Positions 1 to 13,645 are shown, counted from the stretch's first letter. The stretch is 64,000 bases of DNA from Okamejei kenojei (GCA_035221665.1 CM069154.1:17360001-17424000); one strand, 5' to 3'. Numbers and translations are program-made. The notes: generated by a model from the sequence alone, not told the origin.

Positions 1-1950
1 ACACCGCCCATGCTCACAACAGTCACAGCAAACTCAGTTGCAGCACAGCTGGTGGCAAGCGGTCGGAGCCAAAACTGGCGCAGACACACAGGAGAATACC
101 GCCGGACAGCGGTAACAGACCGCCTACAACCCGCCAGCGCTCTCACCAAGCCCTTCGACCTAGAAGAACTCGAAGCTGCAATGATCATGCTGAAACTTGG
201 GAAAGCAGCAGGAATCGATGATGTACTGACGGAAATGGTACATCACTGGGACCTAAATCAACGACCTGGCTCCTAGCAATGCTGGAATCATGCATGGCAC
301 AGAAAACAACCCCACCTGTGTGGAGAAAGGCCAAGACTGTCGCAATTCACAAACTTGGAAAGGACCCATGATTCCCAAAGAGCTACAGATCCATTCCCTT
401 CCTCTGCATCACGTGCAGGCTCTACGGGAGGCTACTACTCCAACACCTTATGCCAGTTATAGACTCCAAGCTTACTAAAGACCAAGCTGGCTTTCGCCCT
501 GGCTGCTCCTGTGCCGGGGAGCTACTGAACCTCACCCAACACATTGGGGACGGTTTTGAGTGCAAACTCATCACCGGAGCAGCTTTCATAGACCTCACCG
601 CTGTCTACGACACTGTCCAGCATCACACCATGATCAGGACACTTGTTGACATGACTGGTGACCTTGACCTGTGCCAATTCATCAAAAGCCTTCTCAACTA
701 CAGGCCCTTCTTCGTTCAACTAAACGAAAAGAAGCGCAAATGGAAAGCCCAAAAGAATGGCCTACAATAAGGCAGCATATTGCCCCCCCCCCCCCACCCC
801 CTCCTCTTCAACATCTACACCAATGACCAACCACTTCCCCCACAATGTCGCCGTTTCATCTACGCTGATGACCTCTGCATCACCACCCAACTGGAGAACT
901 TCCAGAAGATCGAGTCTGTCCTGGAAAGCGCCCTCCAAGAGATGACAACCTACTACAATAACAACCACCTGAAACCCAACCCATCACAAACCCAACTATG
1001 CAGCTTCCTCCTTAAAAATCGAGATGCAGGAAAAAAACTGATTCGTCTCATGGGATGGCCACAAACTCTCCAAACACTGCCACCCCGTGTACCTCGGAGT
1101 CACACTCGACAGGACACTCTCTTTCAAAACCCACCTCCAGAACACCAAAGCCAAGGTCAACACTGGCAACAACATCCTGCGGAAACTGGTAAACTCAAAG
1201 TGGGGCGTGATCCACCAACCATCCGCGCAACCGCCCTAGCCCTGTGCTTCTCCACAGCTGAATACGCATGCTCAAAGTGGAGCCGCTCCCACCACACCAA
1301 ACTGGCTGACACAGCCCTCAACGACACCTGCCGCATTATCACGGGATGCATAAAGACAACGCCAGGTCCGTGCCTCTGCGCCCTAGCTGGTATAGCCCCC
1401 CCCCCCCCCCCCCACCCCCCCCCCCGCATATTAGACGATCCATCGTCGCCGAAGACGAGCGGAGAGCACAGGAGATCGATACCAGGCACCCCCTGCACGG
1501 ACACACAGCTCCTCCACCCCGACTGAAATCCAGAGCCAGTTTCTTGCAGACAGTCCCACCTCTCCAGACAACCAAAGAAACAGCAAGGACCAACATCTGG
1601 AAAGATGAATGGAACCAGCTCAACACACGAGCCCATGACTGGATGGAAAGAGGAATCACTCCGACTGAATGCCTTGCCAGCGGGCACGACCTCCCATGGC
1701 CAACCTGGAAGACCCTCAACAGATTACGAGTGGAGCAGGGGAGGTGCAAAGCACTTATGGAAGCATGGAACGACCAGGCACAAGACACATGCAGCTGTGG
1801 AGCAGTACAGCCAATGTCCCACCTACTGTAGTGTGACGACGCCCCCCAGTGCAGACCCCAGGACCTGGCTAAACCGACCCGACCAGTTGTGACCTGCGCC
1901 AGATACTGGCAGAATGACATCTGAGATTGCAACGGACTAGAAGAAGAAGA
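1..1950 (+). mobile_element. Vingi/Ingi-like non-LTR retrotransposon, 3' part (RT plus C-terminal zinc-knuckle region), frameshifted
   Basis: ORF fragments QAGFRPGCSC..LNLTQHI.DGFE..ITGAAFIDL, FIYADDLCI, ALALCFSTAEY, CSCGAVQPMSHLL; ends in an (AGA)n tail at ~1939-1950. Clade assigned from recalled motifs. Confidence 0.75.
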
Positions 1951-1959
1951 CTATAACGT

Positions 1960-2268
1960 TTAACATAAACATTCACCACAGCGGTATCAACGTTTACCAC
2001 TGTGATGGAAGGCAATAACTTTCAGTCAACTTACTCTTTATTCACCCGTGATCGGAGCCTTTGAAACCTCAGAAGTCACTGCTACGGACGACCGACGGTA
2101 GTGAGTGGGAAACGCTTCCCCCCCCCCCCCCCCCCCCCCCCCAACCACCCTCCTCGTAAGACATACTAAGAAATATTGAAAACATACAATTAGACACACT
2201 AAAATAACATAAAGGGTGAAACGACTAACAGCTGCTGGCGAGGCACCCATTGCTGGCGCCACCCGGTG
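1960..2268 (-). mobile_element. Short fragment of the GC-rich SINE-like family (5' end with poly-G tract)
   Basis: gctggcgaggcacccattgctggcgccacccggtg matches 59780-59817; adjacent poly-C tract as in other copies. Confidence 0.5.
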
Positions 2269-2632
2269 ATGTTTTTGCACTAGTTTTCGGTTGTTATTAT
2301 ATTGATTTATTTGTTTATTATGCAATATCTGTATGTGCGTCGTTTGAAAATGTGCCGTGCTGCGGTATGAAAGCATGTAATTTCTCCATTGTCATAACAC
2401 ATCAGTTAAACACATTTGACGCTTGAATATACCCCCGCTCTGCTGATTACACACGTAATGCCGAGTGCCACCGAAAAGGCATTTTTTACTTGTTAATCTT
2501 CTGCACCTCTAATGGCAAAACTGACCATGTGCCATTTGAAACTATGAGAAACCTATACTCTTTTGTGTTCTCTACTCATTGCACCTGACACCAATAATGT
2601 TTAGAATGCTACAAGATCTGCGTGTCGCTTAC

Positions 2633-5352
2633 CAGCTTCTTTCAAGCTTGCTTCCAACTCCGTTACTTCTGAAATAGAAGGAAATAGGAAATTCACGCAT
2701 ATGCGTCAATCAGTATATAGTATAGATATTTTAAGTGTCGGAAATCCACTTTACCAATTGCGCTAAATAGGTAGAATTGTATATACGAATTTGCATCTCA
2801 TATACAGCATTTGTAGTAAATGATACCCAGCAAGAGTTGCTAACCGTGGCCAGAGAATACAACACGCACTGCGAAACGAAGGATGGCAACTTGGCGAACG
2901 CAACTGCATGTGCCTAGGGGGTCTTTTCCTTCCGACTATGAAACAAATTTGTCGTGAAATATTGTGCAGTTTTCTTAACACTGGCGTGAGTGAACTGCAC
3001 ACTATCCCCTTCATTACTTACACAGGGAATAATATCGGCCACGTTTAATTCCAGATTAATTGTCCTTTTGTCCACTTAACCCTGTCCTTCAGAAAGAATA
3101 CTGCGTTTTAATTACATATCATATTTAATTCTTCGGACACGCTAATTTCAGCTGGATGGACAATGGCAGAGTAGGAATGTGCCACTTTGTTCGTTTTCGA
3201 TTCCAGCATCTTATAAGGTAAGACCCTAATCAGAGAACAAAAGCTGCCGCTGACCATTTACGTGAAAGCTTCCCTGGAATATACTTAAAATAAAAATAAA
3301 CTAACAACGTTGTATCCATGGACAGTATATGGTTAGATTTAAGTTAGACGTTTCGTCTATTCAAAATACAGCAGAATTTGAAAGTGATTGAACGGAATTA
3401 TATGGTTTCGTGTATCGTTCATTGACGACGCTATCATGGATTAGGAAGCTATCGATTCGTTGATTATATAATGCTACCTTAGTCAACTACTTTTGCCTAA
3501 AAGGTGAAATGGATGGAATAACTTACACGGCAATACATTTCACAAATCCCGAGGTAATGTCAAAATATGGAAGAATCCTCGGTATCTACACAAGTAACTT
3601 TACAATATTTGTGAGACAACACCGAACTCCCGCCTCGGGTCGAATTTCTGGGAGTGAGCACCCATTTTATAATTATGAAAATCCATTCATTTTAACTGCA
3701 TACATTGTAATGCCTCGAGCATTAATGGAAATGTTAATAACACTAATACCCACGTGGTCCTTGGAAAATATTTGATGCAGCTTAGATAGAGCATATGCAA
3801 TTTCATTTTCCACCGAGGTAGCATTGGGAAACACTTCATGTTTTCGAATATAGTGTACCCATGCTTTGACGGCTGCCAATTATATTTTAACGTTTTTGTT
3901 GAGTTGCTTTGGCGGCCCATTATACGACTCAACCTTTTGATTTGGAGTTGTTCTTTGCGGCAAAGGTAACCTTAAGCGAACTATACAAGTTATTCATAAT
4001 CGTAGATACGAATCACCAGTCCATTTGACCACTCATTCAAAACCATTATTGTTCATGGAATGCAATATATTACATGCTGAAATGTCCTTAATATTTTTCA
4101 TACCAATCCTGAATTCTAAATATTTATCGGATTTTCCAGATATGCAAACGGTGCAATTAAGTGTATTTCAGCAAACAGAAAATAAGGATAATTCCTCCAT
4201 AATTGCAATCTTTACATTAGTTCAAACGTTGCTTTTTGGAATATATAGTGTCCACGCATACACTGTGGAAATCCAGAGAATGGAAATATATATAAGCGAC
4301 AATATTTAAATATGAACGAAATTACAAATAATTTAAAAAAGAATGGGCACAAAGTTGAACGAAAGAGTACAACAGACTACTACATATCTAAGTAGATGTT
4401 AGAGATGTTTAATTTTCATGAAGACATCTCAACTTCCAAAACATTTGCATTCGAATTTCTACCAATAAATTGTAACTTTAACTGTCAGGCCTCGTTCTTT
4501 CAGATTCAGCTTCTGTTCTATGATGACAACAGTAACCATTCCCCATATATCAAATATTTATGCTAGTTTTCAATTAGACGCTGGTTATTGAAACTGTCAG
4601 CTAAATGGTCCCGCGTTTATTAATCGAAAAAGGACAGTTATAATCTAAATATTTAGAAGTCTAATCTTCGGAAAGAAAAATATCATTACGCCCCCATACC
4701 ATTCTTATCCCATGCCTTATTAAAACGAGTGTACGATTAAAGAAGAAAAGCTTTTGCGTACTCATTTGGCGCTTGTTTTTACCGGAATGTAGATCATCTC
4801 CGTCCGCTGCCTTGCTTTGTCTCCAGCAGAATGCTCGCGATAGCGCTCAGGTTTATGGCCAAACATCCCAGAACTTCCTACGATTTTATTTGGCACTGTG
4901 TTGCATTATGCGGACGAGGCCATCCTGTGTAACTCGGCAATAGCGAAAGATGATCAGAGGATACATCATCTTCTTGACTTCCGAATATCATGAGGAGAAA
5001 AAACGACAGTTTTCACCGCTAGTAGTGGTCAATTCTGATTAGAAGCAAACGGAAGAACGTTAGACATATTTAACGTACATTTAAAATAACACGCACAAAT
5101 TAATGTCAATAGGCACATACGTTTAATGAAGTTTTGATTCTCAGTGAAATAGATCCCCGCTAACCCCAGGGCATAAATGGCCAGTGACGAAACATAGAGA
5201 AGAAGGATTCCGACTAATTTGGATAAACTCGAGACGCTAAGTCTCTTTTAGAATGCTTCCATTGCTAGAAATGAGAGCTGAAATGACAAATCTTCCTCAA
5301 TGAATATCCTCAACACTAGTGCCCCTTTGTTTGCTTCTTATACATCTACGAC
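2633..5352 (-). pseudogene. Block of ~8 tandem decayed CARD/death-fold-like repeats
   Basis: Hand translation of the minus strand: GILLLYVSSLAIYA (~5200), IMQHSAK*NRRKFWD (~4880), LNLKERGLTVKVTIYW (~4490), SACNILHSMNNNG (~4060), IAYALSKLHQIFSKDH (~3780), PFRQK*L..SNSAVF*ID (~3380-3500), NAVFFL..KGQLIW (~3080), VRQVAIL..FSGH / GFPTLKNI (~2730-2890); ends EVTELEASLKEA at a GTAAGC donor (2633). Many stops, few frameshifts. Confidence 0.65.
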
Positions 5353-5399
5353 TGTGCAACCAAATACAAGTCCAACTAAATTAAAACCATTACAGTGTA

Positions 5400-6090
5400 T
5401 ACCACACTTGTTGGACAGATATTAAATAATGACAAGTCGGAGTACATGGTGACTGAGAAGGTCGTAACCTAGTGTCAGGCCAAGAAACCTTCCTCAATGT
5501 CTGCAAGATAAAGGAGATTGTGATAGACCTGACAAATAAGTGGGACACATACCCATGTATATATTGGTGGCGCCGAATTAGAGATGATTAAAAGCTTTTA
5601 GTTCTTCGGAGTAAATATGACTAGCAATATGGCCAGGAACAGCCATATCGAAGCAATGGTTAAGGACGCACATAATGCCTCTACTGTCTTAGTCGGCCTG
5701 CTGGCCACAAATCTCACCCACTTCCACAGATGCGTAATGGAAACTATTTTATCAGCATGCCTCACAACATGCTTTGGGAAAAGCTGCTGGCAATACCACA
5801 ATACATTGAAGTGAGTTTTTGACATAGCCCTAACATCACGCAAAGCACCCTCCCTCAAATTAATGCCACCTATATTTCACGCTTCGTCGGCAGGCCACCA
5901 GCATAATCGATCAGCCATGATCATATTGAATGGCGGTGCTGGTTCGAAGGGCCGAATGGCCTCCTCCTGCACCTATTTTCTATGTAGCACGATTCTCAGC
6001 CTGGTCGATCCCATTTATCCTCTCTTCCATCAGTCTACAGGTACATTATTGTGAAAACGCATATCTACTGATTCAGAAACAGTTTCGTTA
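5400..6090 (+). mobile_element. Degenerate Rex1/Babar-like LINE 3' fragment with an embedded CR1/SINE tail (5905-5985)
   Basis: Translates to LEMIKSF*FFGVNMTSNMARNSHIEAMVKDAH, similar to the Rex1-type VESFKFLGVNITNNLSWTNHI motif. Confidence 0.5.
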
Positions 6091-6109
6091 TGTATTGCCC
6101 TGAAGAATA

Positions 6110-6560
6110 ACATCAACTGAGTAAGCAGTTTAGCATTAATTTACTAAATAACTTCCAATACTGTACGTCAAATTAATTTCCTCAAAGTGGCTGAAGCCTA
6201 ATCAATAATATCCCAGTCGAGACCTGCGGAAGTGCCGTGTTAACATCCTCTGATTGAACGATAATCTCAATCTACCGCGCACGCGTGATGTTCCTGGGCG
6301 GCAGGGGTACCGATGCGCATACGTATAAGATGACAGCACAAATATGTGGAACTTATCAATTGGAGAGAGATCGGAGGGAACCCACAGGAATAAAATCAAC
6401 AGTTATAAGAAAGTTGAAAGTATTTCCTTGCCGCTATCTTGCCTGGCATCAGTCAGCATGCTGACGCACCTCGTGGACCCCCGCTGGTGGGAGTTTCTAT
6501 TTGAGTATCTTCGTTCTCAGTCCGTGCAAGGGACGGTGGGCTGTTAAGTTAACTTTACTC
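6110..6560 (-). pseudogene. Decayed CARD-like repeat(s)
   Basis: GVHEV / VSMLTDARQDSGKE ... LIRMRIGTP across frameshifts. Confidence 0.6.
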
Positions 6561-6639
6561 GATGCAGCAACCATTGGGTCATTTGCTGATGCAGCTGTGT
6601 GGCAACAGGAGGTATTTATGTAGCTTCATCAGGCCTTTC

Positions 6640-7610
6640 ATTGCTCTGGCTACCTACATGACCCAAATGCCACCAAACAACTTTCCCGTCTCTCAGTTGT
6701 ACTTATGCCACTTGACGATTACAATGCCGCATCACGGTCGGTTGCCAGTTTTCGTCATGTATGAGTAAAGTTTAGGTATTGTTTTCGGCCCTAAATATTT
6801 GCGTACTGGTGTTGTATTGTATCATAGTTTTTGTAGCTGCTTCCTGTTTGTGGTCGACGAGTTCCTGGATAGACAATGGAGTAATCTAATTTGGAACGTG
6901 GTGCGCTTGCACATCAACTCGGCGTGAGATGAGCTCGTTAATACGTTTGGAGTAATTGTATAATGTAAAAGGAAAAGGCTAACTTTTGGCATCGTCGTCT
7001 TGAGTTTGCTTAGCGAGGCCTTATCTCACAGTTTGCCCAGCACTCAATGCTGGGCAAGATGCTAGCTCTGTTAGGTGTCTAATACCGTTCTTCTCAATAA
7101 ACTCTTGGAATTCCGCATTTGTGAATGCCCAGCCATTGTCAGCTACGTTGATTTCCGGAATACCAAATGTAGCAAATACATTTCGCAGTTTGGATATAGT
7201 TGTGGTTGATCACCACGACATATAGGTCGGCAACGCTTCTATCGACTTTGAATGGACATCCTCATCGACTAGGACCATGTGTCTCCAAAATCATTAAAAA
7301 TAATCGATGTAGATGCGCTTCCACGACGAATCACGCCAGGACCTTATTTTTAGAGACAGCCTTTGTGATGCCTCTTGCGTCTTTTGTAAAATGAGGCGAA
7401 TGCTTTCAATATATTCAATATCAGTGTCCATATTCGGCTACCACGCGTTACTTCTCACAAGTGCTTTCATTCTACAATACCTGGGTGAGATTCATGCAGA
7501 GTTCTAAGTATACGTTTACGGCCTCGAGGGGAAACCATTACTTCGTTACCACATAATATGCAGACGTCGCGTAGGCTGAGCTCATGTTGTAAGGTGTAAG
7601 TTGGCAGAAA
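6640..7610 (-). mobile_element. Gypsy/Ty3 integrase remnant
   Basis: ILRTLHESHPGIVE(fs)MKALVRSNAW*PNMDTDIE (integrase zinc-binding region) followed by DVHSK and decayed core motifs. Confidence 0.75.
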
Positions 7611-7624
7611 GCCAGGCAGGCTAA

Positions 7625-8185
7625 ACGACATATTGTGTGCAGTGTTGGTCTCTAAATTTGAGGAAGGACATTCTTGCTATTGAGGGAGTGCGGCGTGGGA
7701 TCACGAGGTCAATTGCCGGGATAGCGTGACTCTCATATGTTTAAAGAATGGATCGCCTGTGCTTGTATGCATTGGAATTTAGATGGATGAGAGCGGATAT
7801 TATTGAAAGGTATAAGATTATTAATGGATTGGACACGCTACAGGCAGGAAACATGTACCCGATGTTGGGGAGTCCGGAAACCGGGGGCCACAGTTTATGA
7901 ATAAGGGGTAGGCCATTTAGAACAGAGATGAGGAACAGCTTTTTCACCCAGAGAGTTGTGAGCAGTAGAATCTCTGCCTCAGAAGGCAGTGGAGGCGGAT
8001 TATTTGGATGCTTTCAAGAGACCGTTAGATAGAGCTCTTAAATATAGCGTTTTCAAGGGATATGGGGAGAAGACAGGAACGCGGTACTGATTGTAAATGA
8101 TCAGCCATGATCACAGCGAATGGCTGTGATGGCTCCAGGGGCCGAAATGCCCACTGCCGCACCTATTGTCTATTGTCTATTGTAT
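7625..8185 (+). mobile_element. CR1 LINE 3' fragment
   Basis: WSLNLRKDILAIEGV motif; (TATTGTC)n tail. Confidence 0.9.
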
Positions 8186-8229
8186 GTCGTTGAGCACTTT
8201 TTTTAGCTGTGATATCAATGAATCCCGAC

Positions 8230-9065
8230 CCGTCAGTTGCCTAATGATGAGATGTTTGATTGTGTTTCAACTAGGCTTTTGTAACCGGTGAACAGCTTCG
8301 AATGGAGATGTGCCAGATACAGTGCCATCGCGGTTTCGACAAATACGCCTGATGGAGGAGAGCACAGCCGGCAAGCAACTAAACTCATTTCTGCCCAACA
8401 AATTAGTTTGTTGTACCCCACTGTCAACACGCACTGAGAAGTAGAACAGCCCTCCATGATGGAGCACTTCTGCTGTGAAAACACCGCGTGTATTTAAATG
8501 ATCACTGGTGTAACTGCAGAACACTAAGCTGTGAGTTTGTAGCAGTGCAATTTAACGTATTTAACAATTTAACGTATTTAACAATTTAACATTAATCAGT
8601 TACCAAGATGACAGCTAATACGGTATCAAATGTCACATCTCACGCATTGCATTTCAACACCGTGTCGCCCGGATGTTCTAATCCTGGACTCCCATTATCA
8701 ACATTGGAAGAAACATCGCTTCTTCGAATTTGACTGTAGCGTCTTCATACTTACACACCTGGACCATCAGTGCGAAGTTGTAATAAAATCGTCCAAATCC
8801 TCTCTGCGGTTTTTCGTGGCAAATATGAGAACAAGAGATATGCCGCGAAGATATTGTCTTGGGTTCTCCACACGTTATTTAAGGCCAACAACCCATGGGG
8901 CAATTGCAATTCATTTTGTATGTGCAGGGTGTCAACATGTATCTGTCTGAGCGCTCCCAGGTACATGCGGACCAGGTTGCACATTGTCACTTTGTCACGT
9001 TGCCTTGTCATTGATGATAAATCGGTAAAAGCTTAAAGTAGTCCTGGAAGCTCATCTTTCATTGT
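8230..9065 (-). pseudogene. Two decayed CARD-like repeats
   Basis: ORF 8751-9011 NLVRMYLGALRQ...AAYLLFSYLPRKTAERIWTILLQLRTDGP; second unit SDHLNTRGVF(fs)SQQK...AEMSLVACRL. Confidence 0.6.
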
Positions 9066-9414
9066 AAATAGGCCACTGGTGTTGGTATTCCTGTAGCCGC
9101 GGGCCAGACGGACTACTATCTAACTTTTTAGTGACCATCATATTATTCTTGATCGAACGTTGCTGCCTTTAACTTGCACGAAACGTTATTCCCTTATCAT
9201 GTATATTTCCACTGCAAATTGCTCGATTGTAATAATGTATTGTGTTCCTTATGAATTGATAACCCGCAACAAAAGCATTTTCACTGTACCTCGGCACACG
9301 CGACAATACACTTTTCTAAACTGAAATGAACGGATTCGGTGCTTGTAGTGGATAGGCCATATGTATTTATATTTTTGAATCTGGTAATTATTATTATATA
9401 TTTATATGTTTTTA

Positions 9415-9720
9415 ATCTAAAGGGGAGGTCATTAAAGACTCAGGTGAGAAAAAAACGTTTTCACCCAAAGAGTTACTAATTTATGGAATTCCCTGACACA
9501 AAGGGCAGTGGAGGCCAAGTCACTGGATGGATTTCAGAGAGAGAGTTAGATCGAGTTCTAGGGGCTAGTGGAATCAAGGGTTATGGGGAGAAGGCAGGCA
9601 CGGGTTATTGATTGGGGACGATCAAACATGATCACAATGAAAGGCGGTGCTGGCTCGACGGCCCGAATGGCCTCCTCCTGACCCTATTTTCTATGTTTCT
9701 ATGTTTCTATGATTCTATGA
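9415..9720 (+). mobile_element. CR1 LINE 3' fragment
   Basis: FTQRVTNLWNSL motif and (TTCTATG)n tail. Confidence 0.9.
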
Positions 9721-9875
9721 AAACTGAGGAAAAGTTCTGAAATGCGAGAGGCATGACATGCTTACTGGACTATTCACTGATCCTAATTTTTGTATAGTTG
9801 TGTTATTTTGCGTATAGTCAAATGATAACAATTTCGAAAACTCAAATTTAATGCATTGACACTTATTTTACTTAC

Positions 9876-10200
9876 GTGTTTTTTGCAGATTTTCTTTGTT
9901 GTCAGTATTATCTGGGATCAAATGTAGCACGTATTAACTTTGTTTAATCTTTCCTCGTTTTGTTAATTTATCTGTAACTATCTTCGAAAGCTCTCCGTGT
10001 GCGCGGTTCTTGCATGGAGCCCAGAATGGAAACAGAGTAGGTTGGGATGAAAGTAAAATCTGCTTCTTCTGATGGGACTGCTTCTACTGTAAAGTCTGCT
10101 TCGACTGACAGTCATAACCGAAAGCATAATTGCAATACTAGGATGATAAAATGTTGTTTTACATTACCAACTTTAAAATATGAAGACGGCAAAATATAAA
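9876..10200 (-). pseudogene. Decayed CARD-like repeat ending at a GTAAGT donor
   Basis: SILGSMQEPRTRRAFEDSY; donor dinucleotide at 9875-9874. Confidence 0.45.
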
Positions 10201-10399
10201 CTGATCAATTTCCCTCCAGGGTAAATCAAGTTCCACCGTAACGTATTGTATCGCCTCGTACGGCACCGGTTGTTAATATTGAGACACAGGTAGAAAAATG
10301 GTCGGAAACGAATTGGCTAATATTGGGTATCTACTTTGGCAGAAAATATTGAGGTACAATTATTCTGATGACCGATAAACCTCCAGAATAGTACTTTAT

Positions 10400-13300
10400 G
10401 AAAAGGAACGTAATGTCACTGATTATGCCGTTGAACAAAGTGGACTATGAAGGCACGAGAGAGGAGCTGGCCAAGGTAGAATGGAAAGGGATCCTAGCAG
10501 GAATGACGGTGGAACAGCAATGACTGGAATTTCTGGGCATAATCCGGAAGACGCAGAATCATTTAATTCCAAAAGGAAGAATGATTTTACGGAGAGTAGG
10601 AGGCAATCGTGGCTGACAAGAGAAGTTACGGATAGAATAAAACTAAAATAAAAGATGTATAACATAGCAAAGAATAGCAGGAGCCAGAAGATTAGGAAAC
10701 TTTCACAGGACAACAGAAGGAAACAAAACGGGCAATACGGGCTGACAAGATGAAATAAGAACTTGTCCGGAACTGGCCCGGAATGTAAATAAGGACAGTA
10801 AAAGCTTCTTGAGATATTTTAAAGAAAAATGAGTAGCAAAGCCAAATGTGGGTCCCCTGAAAGCAGACACGGGTGAAATTATATTGGGTAACAAGGAAAT
10901 TGCAGAAGAGTTCAACAAGTACTTCGGATCTGTATTAACTAAGGAAGACACACACTCTCTCCCAGATGTACTGGAGGACAGGGGATCTAATGGGGTAGAG
11001 GAAATGAAAGAAAATGCCATAAGGCGATAAATAAGCTAATGGGACTGAAGGATGATAAATTGCCTCGGCCGGGTGGTCAGCTTCCTAGGATCCTCAGGGA
11101 GGTGAGTTTAGAAATTGTGGACGCAATGGTGATCACTTTCCAGTCTTCAACAGATTCAGGATCAGTGCTTGCGGAGTGGTGGATATCTAATGTCATCACA
11201 CTTTTCAAGAAAGGAGCGAGAGAGACAACGGGGAATTACAGACCAGTTAGCCTGACTTCGGTATTGGAAAATATGCTGGAGTCAAGTATTAAATAGGTAA
11301 TAATGGGACATTTGTATAGCAGTAAAAGGATGAGTCCAAGTCATCATGAATTTATGAAAGGGAAATGATGCTTTACTAATCTATGGAATTTTTTTAATAT
11401 GTGACAACTAAAATGGATGAAGGGAAGCCAGTGGTGTAGTGTATCTAGAATTTCAGAAAGCCTTTGAAAAAGTCTCGCACGGGAGACTGGAGACTGAAAT
11501 TAAAGCACATGCTGTTGGGGGAAGGTTGTTGACATGGATAGAAAATTGGTTGTCAGAAGGAAGCAAAGAATAGAACGGGTCATTTTTAGAATGGCAGGCA
11601 GTGGCGAGTGGGATGCCGCAAGGCTCGGTGTTGGGACAGCAACTGTTTAATAATATAATAATAATAATAATAATAATACATTTTATGTATAGGGCGCCTT
11701 TCAACACTCTCAAGGACAGCTTACAATTAACAAAAGCATAAAACAAAAACACATATACAGCAACAATACACAATTCGGAGAGAGAGCAGCGGCAGCCAAT
11801 TGCGCCATCGTTCACTCTCGCCTCCAGAGCCATCTGCAGCACACCAATAAAGATAAAACACAACAGTAAAGAATTTAACATAAATCATTAAAACATCCCC
11901 CCACAATGGTTCCCACTGTGGGGGAAGGCACAAAGTCCAGTCCCGATCCCCATGTCCACCCTAAGTAGTCGGGCCTGTTGAGGCGTCCACAGTCGCCGCT
12001 ACGGAGGCCTGATGTTCCCGACTGTTCTCACCGCGTGATTATAGTCCGGCGTTTGTAGACGGTCTCAGCGGCTTGGGGTGCCAGGAACAGGCGCCTCCTT
12101 ACCGGAGACCGCGGCGTTCAAGCCAACAGGCCGTGCTGTACGGAGTTCCACACACTGGCGATTTCTGCGAGAGTTCCCAGGCTCCACAAGTGTAAAGTTC
12201 AGCGCCGCCACACGCTGCTGGCCGCTCCCCAGACCCTCGGCTCCGCGATGTTTGTCTCGGCGTCGCAAAATACTCGAGTTCCAGCGCGGCGACCCAGGCA
12301 AGGCATCGCCCGCTCCGCGATCGCGCTCAGCTCTGCGTCGCCTCTGAAGCCAAGGTTCTGGCCAGGTCACCTTAGGAAAACGCCGCTCCAGACCCCCGCT
12401 GGTATGGCCGCGAGGACGGGTCGAAGTTGCTGCTCGAGGAAAGCCGCCTCTCCAACCCGGTAGGGATTTGAAAAGCAGTTGCACCCTCCCCCCCCCCCCC
12501 CCCCCACCACCGCCCACACATAAAAAGATTAGACCCCCAACTAACACTTTTAACATACTAACAATAAAGAAAAGAAGTGAAAAAAACGGACAGCTGCAGG
12601 ACTGGCAACGTACAGGTCAGCGCCCCCTCGGTTCTCGGTTTACCACATATATTAATGATTTGGAAGAGGGAATTAGGAGCAACACGAGCAAGTGTGCGGA
12701 TGACACAAAGCTGGGTGGCAGTGTGAACTGTGAAGAGGATGTTAGGAGGTTGCAGGGTGACCTGGTCAGGTTGAGTGAGTGGGCAGATGGCTGGCAGATG
12801 CAGTATAATATAGATAAATATGAGGTTATACACTTTTGCGGCAAAAACAAGGGGGCAGATGATTATCTCAATGGGATTAGGTTTAGTAAGGGGGAGGTGC
12901 AGAGAGACCAGGTGTCCTTGTACACCAGTCACTTAACGTTGGCGTGCAGGTACAGCAGGCAGTGAAGAAACCTAATAGAATGATCGCCTTCATAACAAGA
13001 GGATTGCAGCATAGGAATAAAGAGGTTCTTCTGCAATTGTATACGGCACTGGTAAGACCACATCTGCAGAATTGTGTACAGTTTTGGTCTCCTAATTTGA
13101 GGAAGGACATCCTTGTGATTGCGGCAGTGCAGCGCAAGTTCACGAGATTGTTCCCTGGGATGGCGGGCCGTCATATGACGAAAGATTGAAAATACTAGGC
13201 TTGTATTCACTGGAGTTTAGAAGGATGAGGGTAAAATTTTATACAAACATATTAAATTATAAAAGGACTGGACAAGCTAGATGCACGAAAAAATTCCCAA

Positions 13301-13645
13301 TGTTGGTCGAGTAGAGAACCATGGGCCACAGTCTGAGAATAAGGAGGAAGCCATTTAAGTCTGAGGTGAGAAACAACGTTTTCACCCAGACAGTTGTGAA
13401 TTTGTGGAATTCCCTACCACAGAGGGCAGTGGAGGCCAAATCATTGGATGGATTTAATCACTGGATGGTGATTTAAATCACTGGATGGCTAGATAGAGCT
13501 TATGGGTTAGTGGAATCGAGGGGGATGGGGAGAATGCCGGCACGGGCTACTGATTGTGGATGATCAGCCATGATTACAATGAATGGCGGTGCTGGCTCGA
13601 AGGGCCAAATGGCCTCCCCCTGCTCATATTTTCTATGTTTCTACG
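10400..13645 (+). mobile_element. Degenerate CR1 ORF2, split by an insertion at 11656-12630
   Basis: [41 protein letters not shown]1 3' tail. Confidence 0.9.
11656..12630 (-). mobile_element. GC-rich SINE-like element with L2-type 3' end and (TAT)n tail
   Basis: Core similar to 27905-28590; 3' end TGTAAGCTGTCCTTGAGAGTGTTGAAAGGCGCCCTATACATAAAATG(TAT)n. Confidence 0.7.
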
